From Octopus vulgaris (lineage: Eukaryota), in NCBI GenBank assembly GCA_951406725.2, contig OX597815.1:130138001-130202000 (forward strand): DNA of 64,000 nucleotides, given 5' to 3'. Positions within the stretch are counted from its first letter, which is position 1. Each line of letters begins with the position of its first letter. The notes beneath the pieces were generated by a model. The model worked only from the letters and a program-made list of their open reading frames with translations, ran no database searches and was not told where the DNA came from. The position numbers and the translations under genes are program-made. Positions 1 to 11,165 of this stretch are shown here, piece by piece.

Positions 1-121
1 ATTAGCTAATTAATATTTTAACAAACATTATTAGGTTAATGGAGTTTCTACAGTAGTTTCAGCAGTTGTAAAACGCGTACATTGCATAGGGAAGGTCAAA
101 TTTAGAGAACATTGAATTCAA

Positions 122-262
122 CAGTGCGTAACTGGTACTTATTTAATCGACCCCGAAAGAATGAAAGGCAAAGTCGACCTCGGCGGAATTTGAACTCAGA
201 ATGTAGTGGCAGACAAAATACCGCTAAGCATTTCGCCCGGCGTGCTAACGTTTCTGCCAGCT
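122..262 (-). mobile_element. tRNA-derived SINE, family A (central motif gcctttcatcctttcggggtcgat...aagtaccag)
   Basis: Near-identical to the copies at 9421-9837, 12482-12694 and 24254-24482. B-box-like gagttcaaattcc on the minus strand. Confidence 0.8.
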
Positions 263-1375
263 TGGTTCAGTAAGTATATAATTAGAAGTAGATTGCATTC
301 TATTGGATATTTTTTATTCATAATGCTATTGTTGTGCTATTGCCATGTCGAGCCAGTCGTTCAAGATAGAATGTCTACAAAAAACTCGTGTTTATAAACT
401 GCGACAAACATAATTACCATCCTGTCAGCCAATAAACAACAGTTATTACTTTTGGTGGATGGGTGAGGAGGGAGGTATCTTTTGTCATTGACCAACTCTA
501 TGAATGGGACGAAATGCATCAGGCGTTTAAGATTTCTGTACATGGCAAGTAACTTGTTTCTCATGTATAAAACACGGGTTTCAGAACCAGGGATTTCACA
601 GTTATTTTTCCTACATGTTTGTACGATTATTCTAACAGTGTGACCTTGACTTTGCACAGTAACGAAATACTGAACGATATAGATATCAAATTGGTATATC
701 AATTACCTAAATACACCAGTAGGCTACACTGCATTAGTTCCAGGTTTGCAGTTGCAATTTGTGCCGTATTAAACTGTGATTTTAGTTTAGGCTTGTGCAA
801 AGCGGTAATTAATTATGTCAATTGTCATAAACGAGTAATGAATTCGGAAAGCAATCAATCATTATCATTTTCAAGTAGCGGAGCAAAATGTTTCTTTGTC
901 TTCATGCGTTGAGAAACGTTGCTACACAACTTTGAAATACTTCGGATTTATCTTGCAGTTCTACTTAACAATGCATGCACACGAACATGTGCTAAATACG
1001 AGCCTTTTTGAGATTCTTTACGTGGTCTATCGAGATATTAGAAACAGCAGCAATATCGCCACCAATTTATACTCTGTCTTCATAAAAAAGAAAGAAACAT
1101 TGGCTAACATCGCAAAAGTAGAGATTGATTACAGTTTGAATGCCTTTGATCATAGGATTACTAGATCAGGGTTGAATTGGAACTGAACAAAAAACAACGA
1201 AATGCATTTGTAAACATCATCGAAAGACAGAATGTATAACACAGACATACAAAAATACAGACACGCATATGCATATGTATATATGTGTATGTGTGTGTGT
1301 GTGTGTGTGTAACATTAATGGTCGCTTTTAATTCAAAATTTAATACATACATATGTATATATATATGTACATATG

Positions 1376-1407
<32 letters not shown>

Positions 1408-1726
1408 TGTATGTATGTATGTATGTATCTATCTATCTATCTATCTATCTATCTGTGTGTGTGTGTGTGTATGTGTGTATGTGTGTATATGAGACTGATA
1501 GAGAGAGAAACTCAATTATTTTATCCTACTCTTTGTTCTTTGTTTTTCAACATTTGACGTGGCGGTCTTTCATGTTTTCAGTTTGTGATTTTTCCAATTA
1601 ACAAACAGAATCGCTTTGAGATTTTCACTCTCCAGTAGTAAAACCTCACAATTATTTACGTTTGTTGTCTACATAGTTATTACCTTTATTTATTTATTTA
1701 TTCATTTATTTATTTACTTTGTCTAG

Positions 1727-1847
1727 CATGCTTGCACGATGGGGGAATTACTCATTTCGCTGAGTTACCTTCCAACGGCCGAAAGGTTAACTGTTGTCAT
1801 CATCAAAGCCAAAGACCTAAGAATACTTGGACCAGCAGAAGAATCAG
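1727..1847 (+). CDS. Synaptotagmin-family gene, penultimate coding exon (start of C2B domain); upstream exons lie outside the window
   Basis: Acceptor ...tttactttgtctAG at 1725-1726 and donor G|GTttgt at 1848. Phase-0 reading HACTMGELLISLSYLPTAERLTVVIIKAKDLRILGPAEES matches the synaptotagmin C2B start (GE-L-SL-YLPTA-RLTVVI-KA). The last G joins AC of the next exon to give the SDPFV motif. Confidence 0.93.
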
Positions 1848-1903
1848 GTTTGTATTTAGATTCTCATATAACTAAAGCAAAGATAGAAACTGAAATGTCC
1901 TTT

Positions 1904-1956
<53 letters not shown>

Positions 1957-2201
1957 ATATTGTGTATTTTACCTGAGACTTTCGTGCTGAACAGATATCG
2001 TTTTTTTCTTTTCGCTTTATATTTCTACAGTTTTCAGGTACCTATATTCTCTTTTCTGAATTTGCGTTGTAGATTTTGGTTGCTTCTTTTCTATTGGCCT
2101 CAACTTCTACTATACATACATACATACTCTCACACACACACACACACACCAAAATTAATATAAACAGCAGTTTGCAACGTTTCACCAAAAAGGAGAATTA
2201 A

Positions 2202-2492
2202 AAATGTCACTAAATGTGACTAGGGTTTAGAAAACATCTACATTGCTAGAAGTAAATGCTAAGCCGGAAAGAGCCGAACAGTCGAGAGGTCTTAACTGAC
2301 GAGGCAACGGAAATTGTCGAAACTGACGTGTCAGTATTAAAAATTCTCGATCGGCACTTTCCGGAAGATTATGATCCCTGTTAGTGTATACGTTTTCATT
2401 CATGTGCGCTAATTACAAGATTAGAGTGGTTTAGCTCCTATTTCTAGTGATGTAGGTGTTTCCTAAAACCCTACGCGTATTTTGTAACATTT
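2202..2492. repeat. Imperfect ~64-bp inverted repeat (2202-2265 / 2428-2492) enclosing the hammerhead
   Basis: aaatgtcactaaatgtgactagggtttagaaaacatctacattgctagaagtaaatgctaagcc versus the reverse complement of the right arm, aaatgttacaaaatacgcgtagggttttaggaaacacctacatcactagaaataggagctaaacc. Confidence 0.7.
2292..2340 (+). ncRNA. Minimal type I hammerhead ribozyme motif (Penelope-like-element type)
   Basis: TTAA-CTGACGA-GGCAA(CGGAAA)TTGTC-GAAA-CTGAC(GT)GTCAG-TA-TTAA. Full catalytic core, G10.1-C11.1 pair, 5-bp stem II, 5-bp stem III, GUA cleavage triplet and 4-bp stem I. Confidence 0.75.
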
Positions 2493-2971
2493 ACATACAT
2501 GTGTGTGTGTGTAACCGTGTGTGCGTGCGTGCGCGCGTGTGCGTATGCATGTATAGTATAAATGCAGTATAAGATTTGGATTCAGAGAATCGTGCGGCTT
2601 TCACATTAAGCCCCCTTTACGCACTCGGCTATCAGTCCATGTACACAGATCAGCGACGTGTCTTTTATACAAATGTGTGCCATTGTGCTAATGTTAAAAT
2701 GAACTTTCGCTGGCATAAGAAGAATCCACAAAGTTTTACTAAAACAGAGAACTTACTAATTTTATAGCTGTCTTACATGAGAACATCACCGGTGCCAAAA
2801 TGCTAACTGGTGACCCTTTAATCGGCTATCTGAAAATGTTTACAATAGATATATAATTGTTATTAGTCCTGAATATTTAATGTGGGTGGTGGTGGTGGCA
2901 GTACAGAGTTACAAGGTGTTTCTGTTTACCTCCCAGCTGCGCTAGACCTAGCAGACATCTATAATATATAT

Positions 2972-3364
2972 AGGTGCTGGAGTAGCTGTGTGGTAAGTAG
3001 CTTGCTTACCAACCACATGGTTCCGGGTTCAGTCTCACTGCGTGGCACCTCGGGCAGGTGTCTTCTACTATAGCCTCGGGCCGACCAAAGCCTTGTTAGT
3101 GGAATTGGTAGACGGAAACTGAAAGAAGCCCGTCGTATATGTGTGTGTGTGTGTTATGTGTTTTTGTGTGTGTTTGCCCCCCCCAATCACTTGACAACCG
3201 GTGGTGGTGAGTTTACGTCCCCGTAACTTAGCGGTTCGGCAAAAGAGATTGATAGAATAAGTACTAGGCTTACAAAGATTAAGTCCTTGGGTCGAGTTGC
3301 TCGACTAAAGGCGGTACTCCAGCATGGCTTCAGTCAAATGACTGAAACAAATAAAAGAATAAAA
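2972..3364 (+). mobile_element. SINE family B, full length (head, internal TG microsatellite, ggcggtgctccagcatggc tail)
   Basis: A-box-like tagctgtgtgg and B-box-like gggttcagtc. Colinear with 46332-46858 and 55510-55885. Confidence 0.85.
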
Positions 3365-3374
3365 AATCCTATTG

Positions 3375-3540
3375 GGCTAAGGCCTAACATTTTGGGGGAG
3401 AGGGATCGTCGATTGCATTGACCCTGTGCATCTCCTAGTACTTCTTTTATCGACCCTGAACGGATGAAAGAGAAAGTCACCCTTAGTGGAATTCGAACTC
3501 AGAACGTAAAACCGGAAGAAATACCGCTAAACATTTTGTC
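3375..3540 (-). mobile_element. SINE family A, diverged
   Basis: tatcgaccctgaacggatgaaag...ggaattcgaactcagaacgtaaa motif. Confidence 0.7.
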
Positions 3541-3737
3541 CTATGCATTTATCTTCATAAATAATATATTTAGACAACATTATCCAACGTATCGTAGAGT
3601 GTAGATCGTGAACTATTTGGCTGCTATATTTAGGAAGTCTAGAGACTAAATAGATATTCACTAGCTAAGCTCTAAATGTATTGAGATGCTCTGTAAAATA
3701 ACCAAGTGGATATAGCATTAAACTTTTTGTTGATACT

Positions 3738-4020
3738 GGCACTTCGTCTGTTTCGACGACAAATGTTCTAGTTGATCTGATCAACGAAACAGCCTGCTCG
3801 TGATATTTACATGAAAGCAGCTGAGCGCCCCATTCAGCTTGTCACAAAATGTGACAAGGCTGGCCCTTTAAATTACAGGTAGTACTCATTTTGCCAGCTG
3901 AGTGAACTGGAGCAACATGAAATAAAGTGTCTTACTCAAGAACACGACGTGCCATCAGGAATCGAACTCAGGACCCTACGAACGTGAGCTGAATATCCTA
4001 ACCACCAAGTCACGTTCCTT
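3738..4020 (-). mobile_element. SINE with family D head and tail Y
   Basis: Head and body match 42012-42338 (gagtgaactggagcaac...ctcaagaacac). The 3' part (gttgatctgatcaacgaaacagcctgctcgtga) matches 29966-30125. Confidence 0.75.
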
Positions 4021-4580
4021 CACTCTTTCGGGGGATAGAGCTTGATGAGACTCGTTGCAGAAGTTTCATTGCGTTTCAATGTCGTATGTCAGTTCAATGA
4101 ATGATGGAACGTTACTTGCGTTAGACTGGTGTTCCATACAGGGCCAGTTTAAGGTAATGCGGGATTTGCAACATGTGTTATAAAGGAGACTTAATTTTTT
4201 AAAGATTCAAACAATTTACACATAAATGTTGAATCTGGTAAATGTTATATGTGAATAGTTGGTAAACAGCGATTTAAAAATTACATTTCTTAGATTCAGC
4301 ATAAACAACTCTGTTGATGATAAAGAAAATGTCTTTTTCACGGTAGAAGATCTTCAATGTTCATTATAATGAAATTTGTTTTCAACTATGAGGCTTCTTA
4401 GATGAAGCCTTCCTCTTTTCAGTTTTGATAATATACATACTTCATTAACTACGAGAGACAAACAGATGCGCAAAACATTTTCTGCACTTGAAAAACATTA
4501 AAGCTATACAAGGTCTTGTTTTGTGCCAATATGAGAAAAAGAATTTAGTTTTAAACTCCTCTGTGGTCTACACAATATAT

Positions 4581-4686
4581 GAGGACGCATGACCTAGTGT
4601 TTAGGGCAGTGGTTCCCAGCCTGAGGTCCACGAACCCCTGGCGGTCCGCAAAGGTAGTACTGGGGGTCCGTTAACTAAATTCAAAA

Positions 4687-4761
<75 letters not shown>

Positions 4762-5080
4762 AGGATAAGCATATTAGAAGGGGTCCGTGGGAAAACTCAT
4801 TTGGATAAAAGAGGTGGGAACCACTGGTTTAAAGTGTTGCACTAATGATCGAGAGATCGCGGTTTCAATTCCTAGACTGGGTTCTGCGTTGTGCTCTTGA
4901 GCAAACCACTTCATCTCAAGCTGCTCTGCAGTCACTTCAACACCTGACGTGTGGTACACTGTGCACCTGTTCAGACAACGTCGATTTGATGGAAAGAATG
5001 AGCTAATGTACGGGACGAACGTTTGATCACTATAAATAAATCATTTGTGCAGGTCGTTCGGCAAAAACTGAACTCTCATA
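4581..5080 (+). mobile_element. D-like SINE interrupted just after its A box by a hAT MITE
   Basis: gaggacgcatgacctagtg-tttaggg resumes after the MITE as tgttgcact...cgcggtttcaattcc...tgtgctcttgagcaa. The 3' boundary is approximate. Confidence 0.65.
4607..4826. mobile_element. hAT (Charlie/Buster-like) MITE
   Basis: 12-bp TIR cagtggttccca...tgggaaccactg. 8-bp TSD gtttaggg (4599-4606) / gtttaaag (4827-4834). Internal (CA)n. Confidence 0.8.
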
Positions 5081-5362
5081 TGTCGTCCATCAAACTACAC
5101 GAATTCTTCACCGAGACTTCCGGTCGTATATGATTTAAATAACTGCAGCTGATAAAGTAATTCATATTTTGATAACCTTTCTGGCATTTTGAGTGGACAG
5201 AAAGCAAGCTATCAGTAATGCCAAGTAATGTTTGGTTATTAAACACCTGAGAAGGTATTTGCAATCCAACAAAAGACTTGATTAAAGTACTGAAACCACT
5301 GAAATCATTGCATTTACTATTTCGCTGATGTCTACCTTTAGTTTGTCGTTGGTAATCTACAT

Positions 5363-5562
5363 CAGTCTTTCTAAACCTTTTTGATATCAGAGCCAGATTC
5401 AAAACCTGGATATTTTTAGGGGGCCACACCAAAAAACGTAAAACATAAGTCAATTATCGAAAAAATTATTATATTTATAGAGAGAAGACCGTCGAGCCCC
5501 CACCCTAGGAAGGATGCCTGAGGGCCACATGCAGCTCTGGGAACCGTGGTTGAGAACCACTG
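5363..5562. mobile_element. hAT (Charlie/Buster-like) MITE
   Basis: TIRs cagtctttctaaacc / ggttgagaaccactg (12/15 match). TSD atctacat (5355-5362) / atctacac (5563-5570). Confidence 0.75.
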
Positions 5563-5661
5563 ATCTACACACTCAACCAGATCCTGGCTACTACCACCTG
5601 ACTTCTATCCTTCAGAAAGTCATGAAGCCATTCTCCCAATTTTCCAACTATGCCAAGATCA

Positions 5662-5885
5662 TATATATATGTATCTGTGTGTATATGTCTTTGTGTCTAT
5701 GTTTTCCCCCACCACCGCTTGACAACTGGTGCCTGTGTGTTTAGGTACCTGTAACTCAGTGATTCGGCAAAAGAGACCGATAAAATTAGTACCTGGGTTT
5801 TTAAGAAGAGTAATGGAGCTGATTCATTCTCCAAGGCGGTGCCCCAGCATGGCCATATTCTAATGACTGATACAAGTAAAAAGAC
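5662..5885 (+). mobile_element. SINE family B, 3' half
   Basis: cgcttgacaactggt...ttcggcaaaagagaccgata...ggcggtgccccagcatggcc. Confidence 0.75.
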
Positions 5886-5961
5886 GGAAAAAGAATATGC
5901 CAGTATTCTTGTTTCGTAACTTCATCATGGTTGAAAGTAGTCCACGAGCCAATTGTCAGAA

Positions 5962-6126
5962 CTCTCTCTCTCTCCATCTAACTCTCTCTCTCCATCTACC
6001 TCCCTCTCTCCATTTACCTCTCTCTCTCCATCTGTCTCTCTCTCTCCATCTATCTCTTTCTCTCTCTCCATCTATCTCTCTCTCTCCATCTCTCTCTCTC
6101 TCCATCTATCTCTTTCTCTCTCTCCC
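5962..6126. repeat. CT-rich compound repeat with ~18-bp periodicity (ctctctctccatctat...)
   Basis: Visible directly; source of the ORFs at 5897 and 5953. Confidence 0.8.
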
Positions 6127-6940
6127 AATCTTTGTTGTCATCTAAGATTCGTTTTATTAAAGAGAGAAAAGTTAAGTAAGAGTGCTTTTGTTACATCTAC
6201 ACAGTCTGACTGCTTGACATCTATCTGAAACTTTTTCCCCTCCATGGGAAAATGAGCATCGCCATCAGATATCGCAGCAGAAAAAATATACAACTGACAA
6301 AAAGAAACTGGAAAAAATGTACAAATTCAAAGAGAAAAAATCAATGCTTCTTGACAACATTTAGCAGCGCATGTTCCAAGAAAGAAAACAAGAAAAAAGT
6401 AAAATGGACGTTTAATGTGAAGCTGCGAAACATGGAATGTAATCCACATAGTCATTCATCTGTTTAAAACTATGCGTGGAAACCACTATACTTGCAACTC
6501 ATTGCTGGAGTTGATGTTAATTTGATCCCAGCGGATTTATAATATCAAAAGCAACACACAGCATAGCCAAATTCAGTTGATCTACATTATCTACGTTTGG
6601 AGTGAAAACCAATGAAATAAAACAATATATTTTTTTCGTTTCACAGATAATGTATTCGAGTGTGCTGAATCTAAACGGATTATTCAGTTCATCACATGGT
6701 GTTTAAAATTAAACGTTTCATTTCAGCTATATCTATTTTCCAGTGTAATTATATGTTCTGCCAGAAAAGAGTCAAACTTGGCCAGTAATTTTAACACATT
6801 CAAGTATTTTCCATAGTCTCCTTTATAAAGAGAGTGAGTTGCATCACTCACAAAATAAAATGCCTCGTTCTATTAAGATCTTTATACCAATAAGCAAAAA
6901 CAGATTTGCAATGACAGTATACATAGAAAGTTTTTACATT

Positions 6941-7140
6941 GGTTTCAGATTTTGGCACAAAGTTAACAATTTCGGGGAAAGGTTAAATCGATTAGAACGA
7001 TCCAGTGTTCAACTGGTATTTATTTTATCGACCCCAAACGGATGAAAGGCAAAGTCGACCCCGCCGGATTTTGAACTCGACGTAAAGGCGGACGAAATGC
7101 TGCTAAGTATTCTGCCTGGTCGCCACCGTAAACGTTCTAA
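6941..7140 (-). mobile_element. SINE family A
   Basis: atcgaccccaaacggatgaaaggcaaagtcgac motif. Confidence 0.8.
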
Positions 7141-7415
7141 CATTAACTTATGAATAAGGTGATGAGGTGAGAGAATCGTCAGCGCGCTGTGCAAAATGCA
7201 ACAAATTGTCATTCTCCTATGAAGTATGTATATTAGGGATCACGTGAATGTACCACTCTCGTGTGACAGCATGCCAGTTTATCTAAGTTATGGTTTCTAT
7301 GAAGTAAAACGTCGGTGGTTTTTGTATTAAAAAAGAAAACTATTTATTAGACGTCTGAATATGCTAAACATGCACTACTAGTTTGTTGGCTGTTAAAGGT
7401 TTATGATATTTGGAT

Positions 7416-7623
7416 AGCTGGTAGAATCGTTAGCGCGCCGGGCAAAATGCTTAGCGGCATTTCCTCCGTCCTTACGTTCTGAGTTCAAATTCCGCCGACG
7501 TCGATTTTTGACTTTCATCCTTTCGGGGTCGATAAAATAAGTACCAGTTGAGTACTGGGGTCAATGTAATTAACTTGACTCCTTCCTCGAAATTGCTGGT
7601 CTTGTGCCAAAATTTGAAAGCCA
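7416..7623 (+). mobile_element. SINE family A
   Basis: gagttcaaattccgcc...tttcatcctttcggggtcgataaaataagtaccag. Confidence 0.85.
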
Positions 7624-9420
7624 TATTAATTCATGAACCGGAATTTAAAGCAATTTTAATTAAAGAAGCTATTTTGATCAGCAATCTAAACCCAAATATT
7701 TATTCTTTCCGAATTGATTAATAGCGCAAATCTTAGCATTTCGCCATTTGAATGTATTATTAAAGACCAAGGCTGCATACACTTCGTCTTTATCTTAAAC
7801 CAAAACCTATCTATTTTATGGAATTATACTTATTTTTCTGGGTCCAGTGGGTTATTTAAAGGACTAATGTGCAAAGGTTCTATAGGACGTAGGTGGGATA
7901 TAGGAGTCGGTCACCTTTGGTTTCCTATTTTATAAAATAGATTTGTCTTCGTTTATCACTGATTCATTTATGAATGATCCAAGATAACCTGGTTCGTTAT
8001 TGTAAACCGAGTTAATCTGTGGTAACACAAGTCTGTGATCAATCAAAGATTCTGCTTGGACCGTAAAAGCATACATCAGCGACCTTCCATATGCTTTGTA
8101 AAACATGCATTTGGAAACCTATTTTTCTCATATGCTCTATTTTCATTTCTCACTTATCCAGGGCGATTTTTGTAACCCAAACATCCGTAATCAATGAGGA
8201 TAGATGTAATATGATAGTGGTATGGCAACAACTTTGGAACTCAAACTTAAGTTAGAGTTCTATCAAGTAGCCTAATGATTCCCATTGTACAATATAGGAT
8301 GTGTGCAATTAATCAATATAAGAAATTTATAATTAGTCTAATTACAAATGGAGAGGTCGGAGTCAAAGTTTTGATGAACCGAATCAATCTACAGCCCTGC
8401 TTTTTCCAATTATGTAGACTGTAGCAAATTTACTATGGTGCTCCTTGATTAAAAATACAGCATATAGTCTGTGGCAGAAATTGAGATTGATTTAATTAAT
8501 CAAGTAAGGATCGTTAATTTGTTAGTGGAATCACACAGTTAACGCTCTAATATCTATAATAAAATATTTGGCTCCATGATAACTGTTGGTGAGTTAAGTA
8601 TTGTCAAGAATGCAGATGTTTCCATACGCGTTTATTTAATACAGTTTTCTATACAATCAAATAGTTCGTTTTAGATGCTGATTACTAGAAATAAATAAAT
8701 AAATAAATAAATAAATAAGTAAATAAATAAATAAATCTATACTTAAAAGCCATATCATCTAGCATATCTGCCATGGATGCCCTCTTGATCGACGCTGACA
8801 TCATGTCATATTTCATCCTCCCTTAAAATATAGGCTTTCTGTGCTATTAAAATATTAGATTTCTGTGTCTTGTGAAAATAAAGCCAATATTATATATGCA
8901 AGTAAAATGATGAAGGCAAGCGAGATTAGCTTCTGGAAAATCGTGTTAATGAGAGTAGTTTTCATTTTACTACCAGAAAAATTAACCGAATAGAAAATGA
9001 GAGAGAAATGCTCCGAGAGTGTAACAATTTTTTTTAAAGAAAGAAAAAAACTCCTCTTGGCACTAATTTATAACGGCTTGGTAATAAAGATCTTATAGTT
9101 TACTTAAAAGTTTGTCGTTTTAAAACTCCGTTCATTTAATAGTAAAGATTTTCAGAAAGTATATTTCGGCTTTATCATATCTTAATCTTGAACTGAAAAA
9201 TATGAAACGAGAAATAAAACTGTGATACAGTATAGGAGTGGGTTTCAATGAAATTAAGGAAAAAAAAAAAGAGAAAAAAGAAAAAAAAAATGTAACGTTA
9301 CTGTTTTCCTATTACATTAGCACTTATTATCTTTATATTTCTAGACTGATGCGAATATCTTGAACGTTTCTCTCTGAGCCATTATTTTGATATGGCTGAC
9401 CAGGGGATTATATATATCAA

Positions 9421-9837
9421 TTTCTTTATTGCCCACAGGGGCTAAACATAGAGGGGACAAACAAGGACACACAAACGGATTAAATTGATTACATCGACCC
9501 CAGTGCGCAACTAGTACTTATTTAACCGACCCAGAAAGGATGAAAGGCAAAGTCGACCTCGGCGAAATTTGAACTCAGAACGTAACGGCAGACGAAATAC
9601 CTATTTCTTTACTACCCACAAGGAGCTAAGCACAGAGAGGACAAACAAGGACAGACAAACGGATTAAGTCGATTATATCGACCCCAGTGCGTAACTGGTA
9701 CTTATTATTTAATCGACCCCGAAAGGATGAAAGGCAAAGTCGGCCCCGGCGGAATTTGAACTCTGAACGTAACTGCAGACGAAATACCGCTAAGCATTTC
9801 GCTCGGCGTTCTAACGATTCTACCGGCTCACCGCCTT
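9421..9837 (-). mobile_element. SINE family A with tandemly duplicated body and tail
   Basis: The unit tttcttta..cccaca..ggggctaaac...gcagacgaaatac occurs twice (9421-9600 and about 9604-9788), followed by a single head. Confidence 0.85.
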
Positions 9838-10099
9838 ACTTATAAATATCGATTATATATATCGATGTATAGTTACAGCCAAAAGCCGATTAATTCAATA
9901 AAAAGATACCTTACAGTCAAAGTCTCGGGTTTGATCTCATTGCGCGATATCTTGAATAATGGTTTGATGAAACTGTGAAAGCTTCCCGGCTGAACGTTCC
10001 TTGTACTTAGAAAGAGCGACCATGTCGCCGACAGTGGTACTCTAAATCGGTGTGGGAATGACGCTAAAGATAAAAAAAATTGTAGCACCCAGTTTATAA

Positions 10100-10320
10100 T
10101 CCTTTCTAATTTTTGCACAAGACCATTAATTTTGGGAAGAGGAGGAGAGTCGATTACGTCGACCTCAGTAATGCCCAAATGGTACTTATTTTATCGACCA
10201 CAAAAGAATGAAATGCAAAGCCAACTTCAATGGAATTTGAACTAAGAATATAAAGAACCGGGGAAAATGCCACTAAGTACTTTATTCGATGCGCTACTGA
10301 TTCGGTTGGCTCGCTGCCCT
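10100..10320 (-). mobile_element. SINE family A, diverged
   Basis: ggtacttattttatcgacc...ggaatttgaact. Confidence 0.75.
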
Positions 10321-10349
10321 CACCCAAATTATAGGATAAAAACTCCCTT

Positions 10350-10660
10350 CAGTCACAAATGACCATGAGATTGTATTTTGGAAGTTTCCTTTCGAGGCAC
10401 AAGTCCGGGGAAAGTTTGTGGAAGACTAGCAGTCTCCAACGCATACCAGCCTCTCCTCTCCTCGCCACCAATGCTGTCCAAAGGAAAGGCAAAGTTTGAT
10501 ACAGCTTGGTACCAGTGGCGTCCCAACTCATTTCTACAACTGAGTGAACTGGAGCAACGAGAAATAAAGTGTTTTGTTCAAGAACACAATAAACACACTG
10601 CTCAGTCGAACTCACAACCTCACGACGGTAAGCCCAACGCCCTAACCGCTCAGCCTGTGT
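10350..10660 (-). mobile_element. SINE family D
   Basis: Colinear with 42012-42338. Confidence 0.8.
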
Positions 10661-11165
10661 CTTCACTAATCCAGATTATGTTGCAATAAACGTGTAACTT
10701 TGTTGATTAAACAAATGGCTCACCCCTCGTCGAAACCTTCTGGAGATCCAATTAATACAGAAAACAGTTTGGAAAATTATCTTCATAGAGTGAGGGTGAT
10801 TTCTATGGTATAGATTTGCAGAAAATATATCTCGGCTTTATCATCTCCTAATCTGGAACAGAAAACTGTGAAATGAGAAATAAAATTGTTGCAGCTTAGG
10901 GAGTGGGCTTCATGAAATCTAGTTATCTGTATCAAAGTAATGGCTCAGAATGAAATGTTCAGAATATTTGCTTTCTGTTTAGAAACAGAAAGATAATGTA
11001 ACTCAATGCAAAGCTGCAAAAAATATTTATTTAATATTTTGTCTTTAACAAACATTAAGAATAACAGTTTTATATGTTAGCGTTATTCGTAAAATATAAT
11101 ATCTAAAAGATGTTTTATTCGAGAGAAATTGTTTTCCATTTTGTTTTTGTTTCTTTTTACTGCAG

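Larger units (their letters stand above)
1848..11165 (+). other. 9,318-bp phase-1 GT-AG intron splitting the Asp codon of the SDPFV motif
   Basis: GT at 1848-1849 and AG at 11164-11165. Splicing yields an uninterrupted C2B domain, and a phase-1 intron at this Asp is a typical synaptotagmin intron position. Confidence 0.9.

Noticed and set aside
1848-1990. C-terminal extension of ORF 1739-1990 and N-terminal extension of ORF 11129-11165
   Set aside because: These are intronic read-through beyond the splice sites. C2 similarity stops exactly at the GT and AG.
10349-10689. 103-aa and 105-aa ORFs with ordinary-looking composition
   Set aside because: They lie almost entirely within a family-D SINE.
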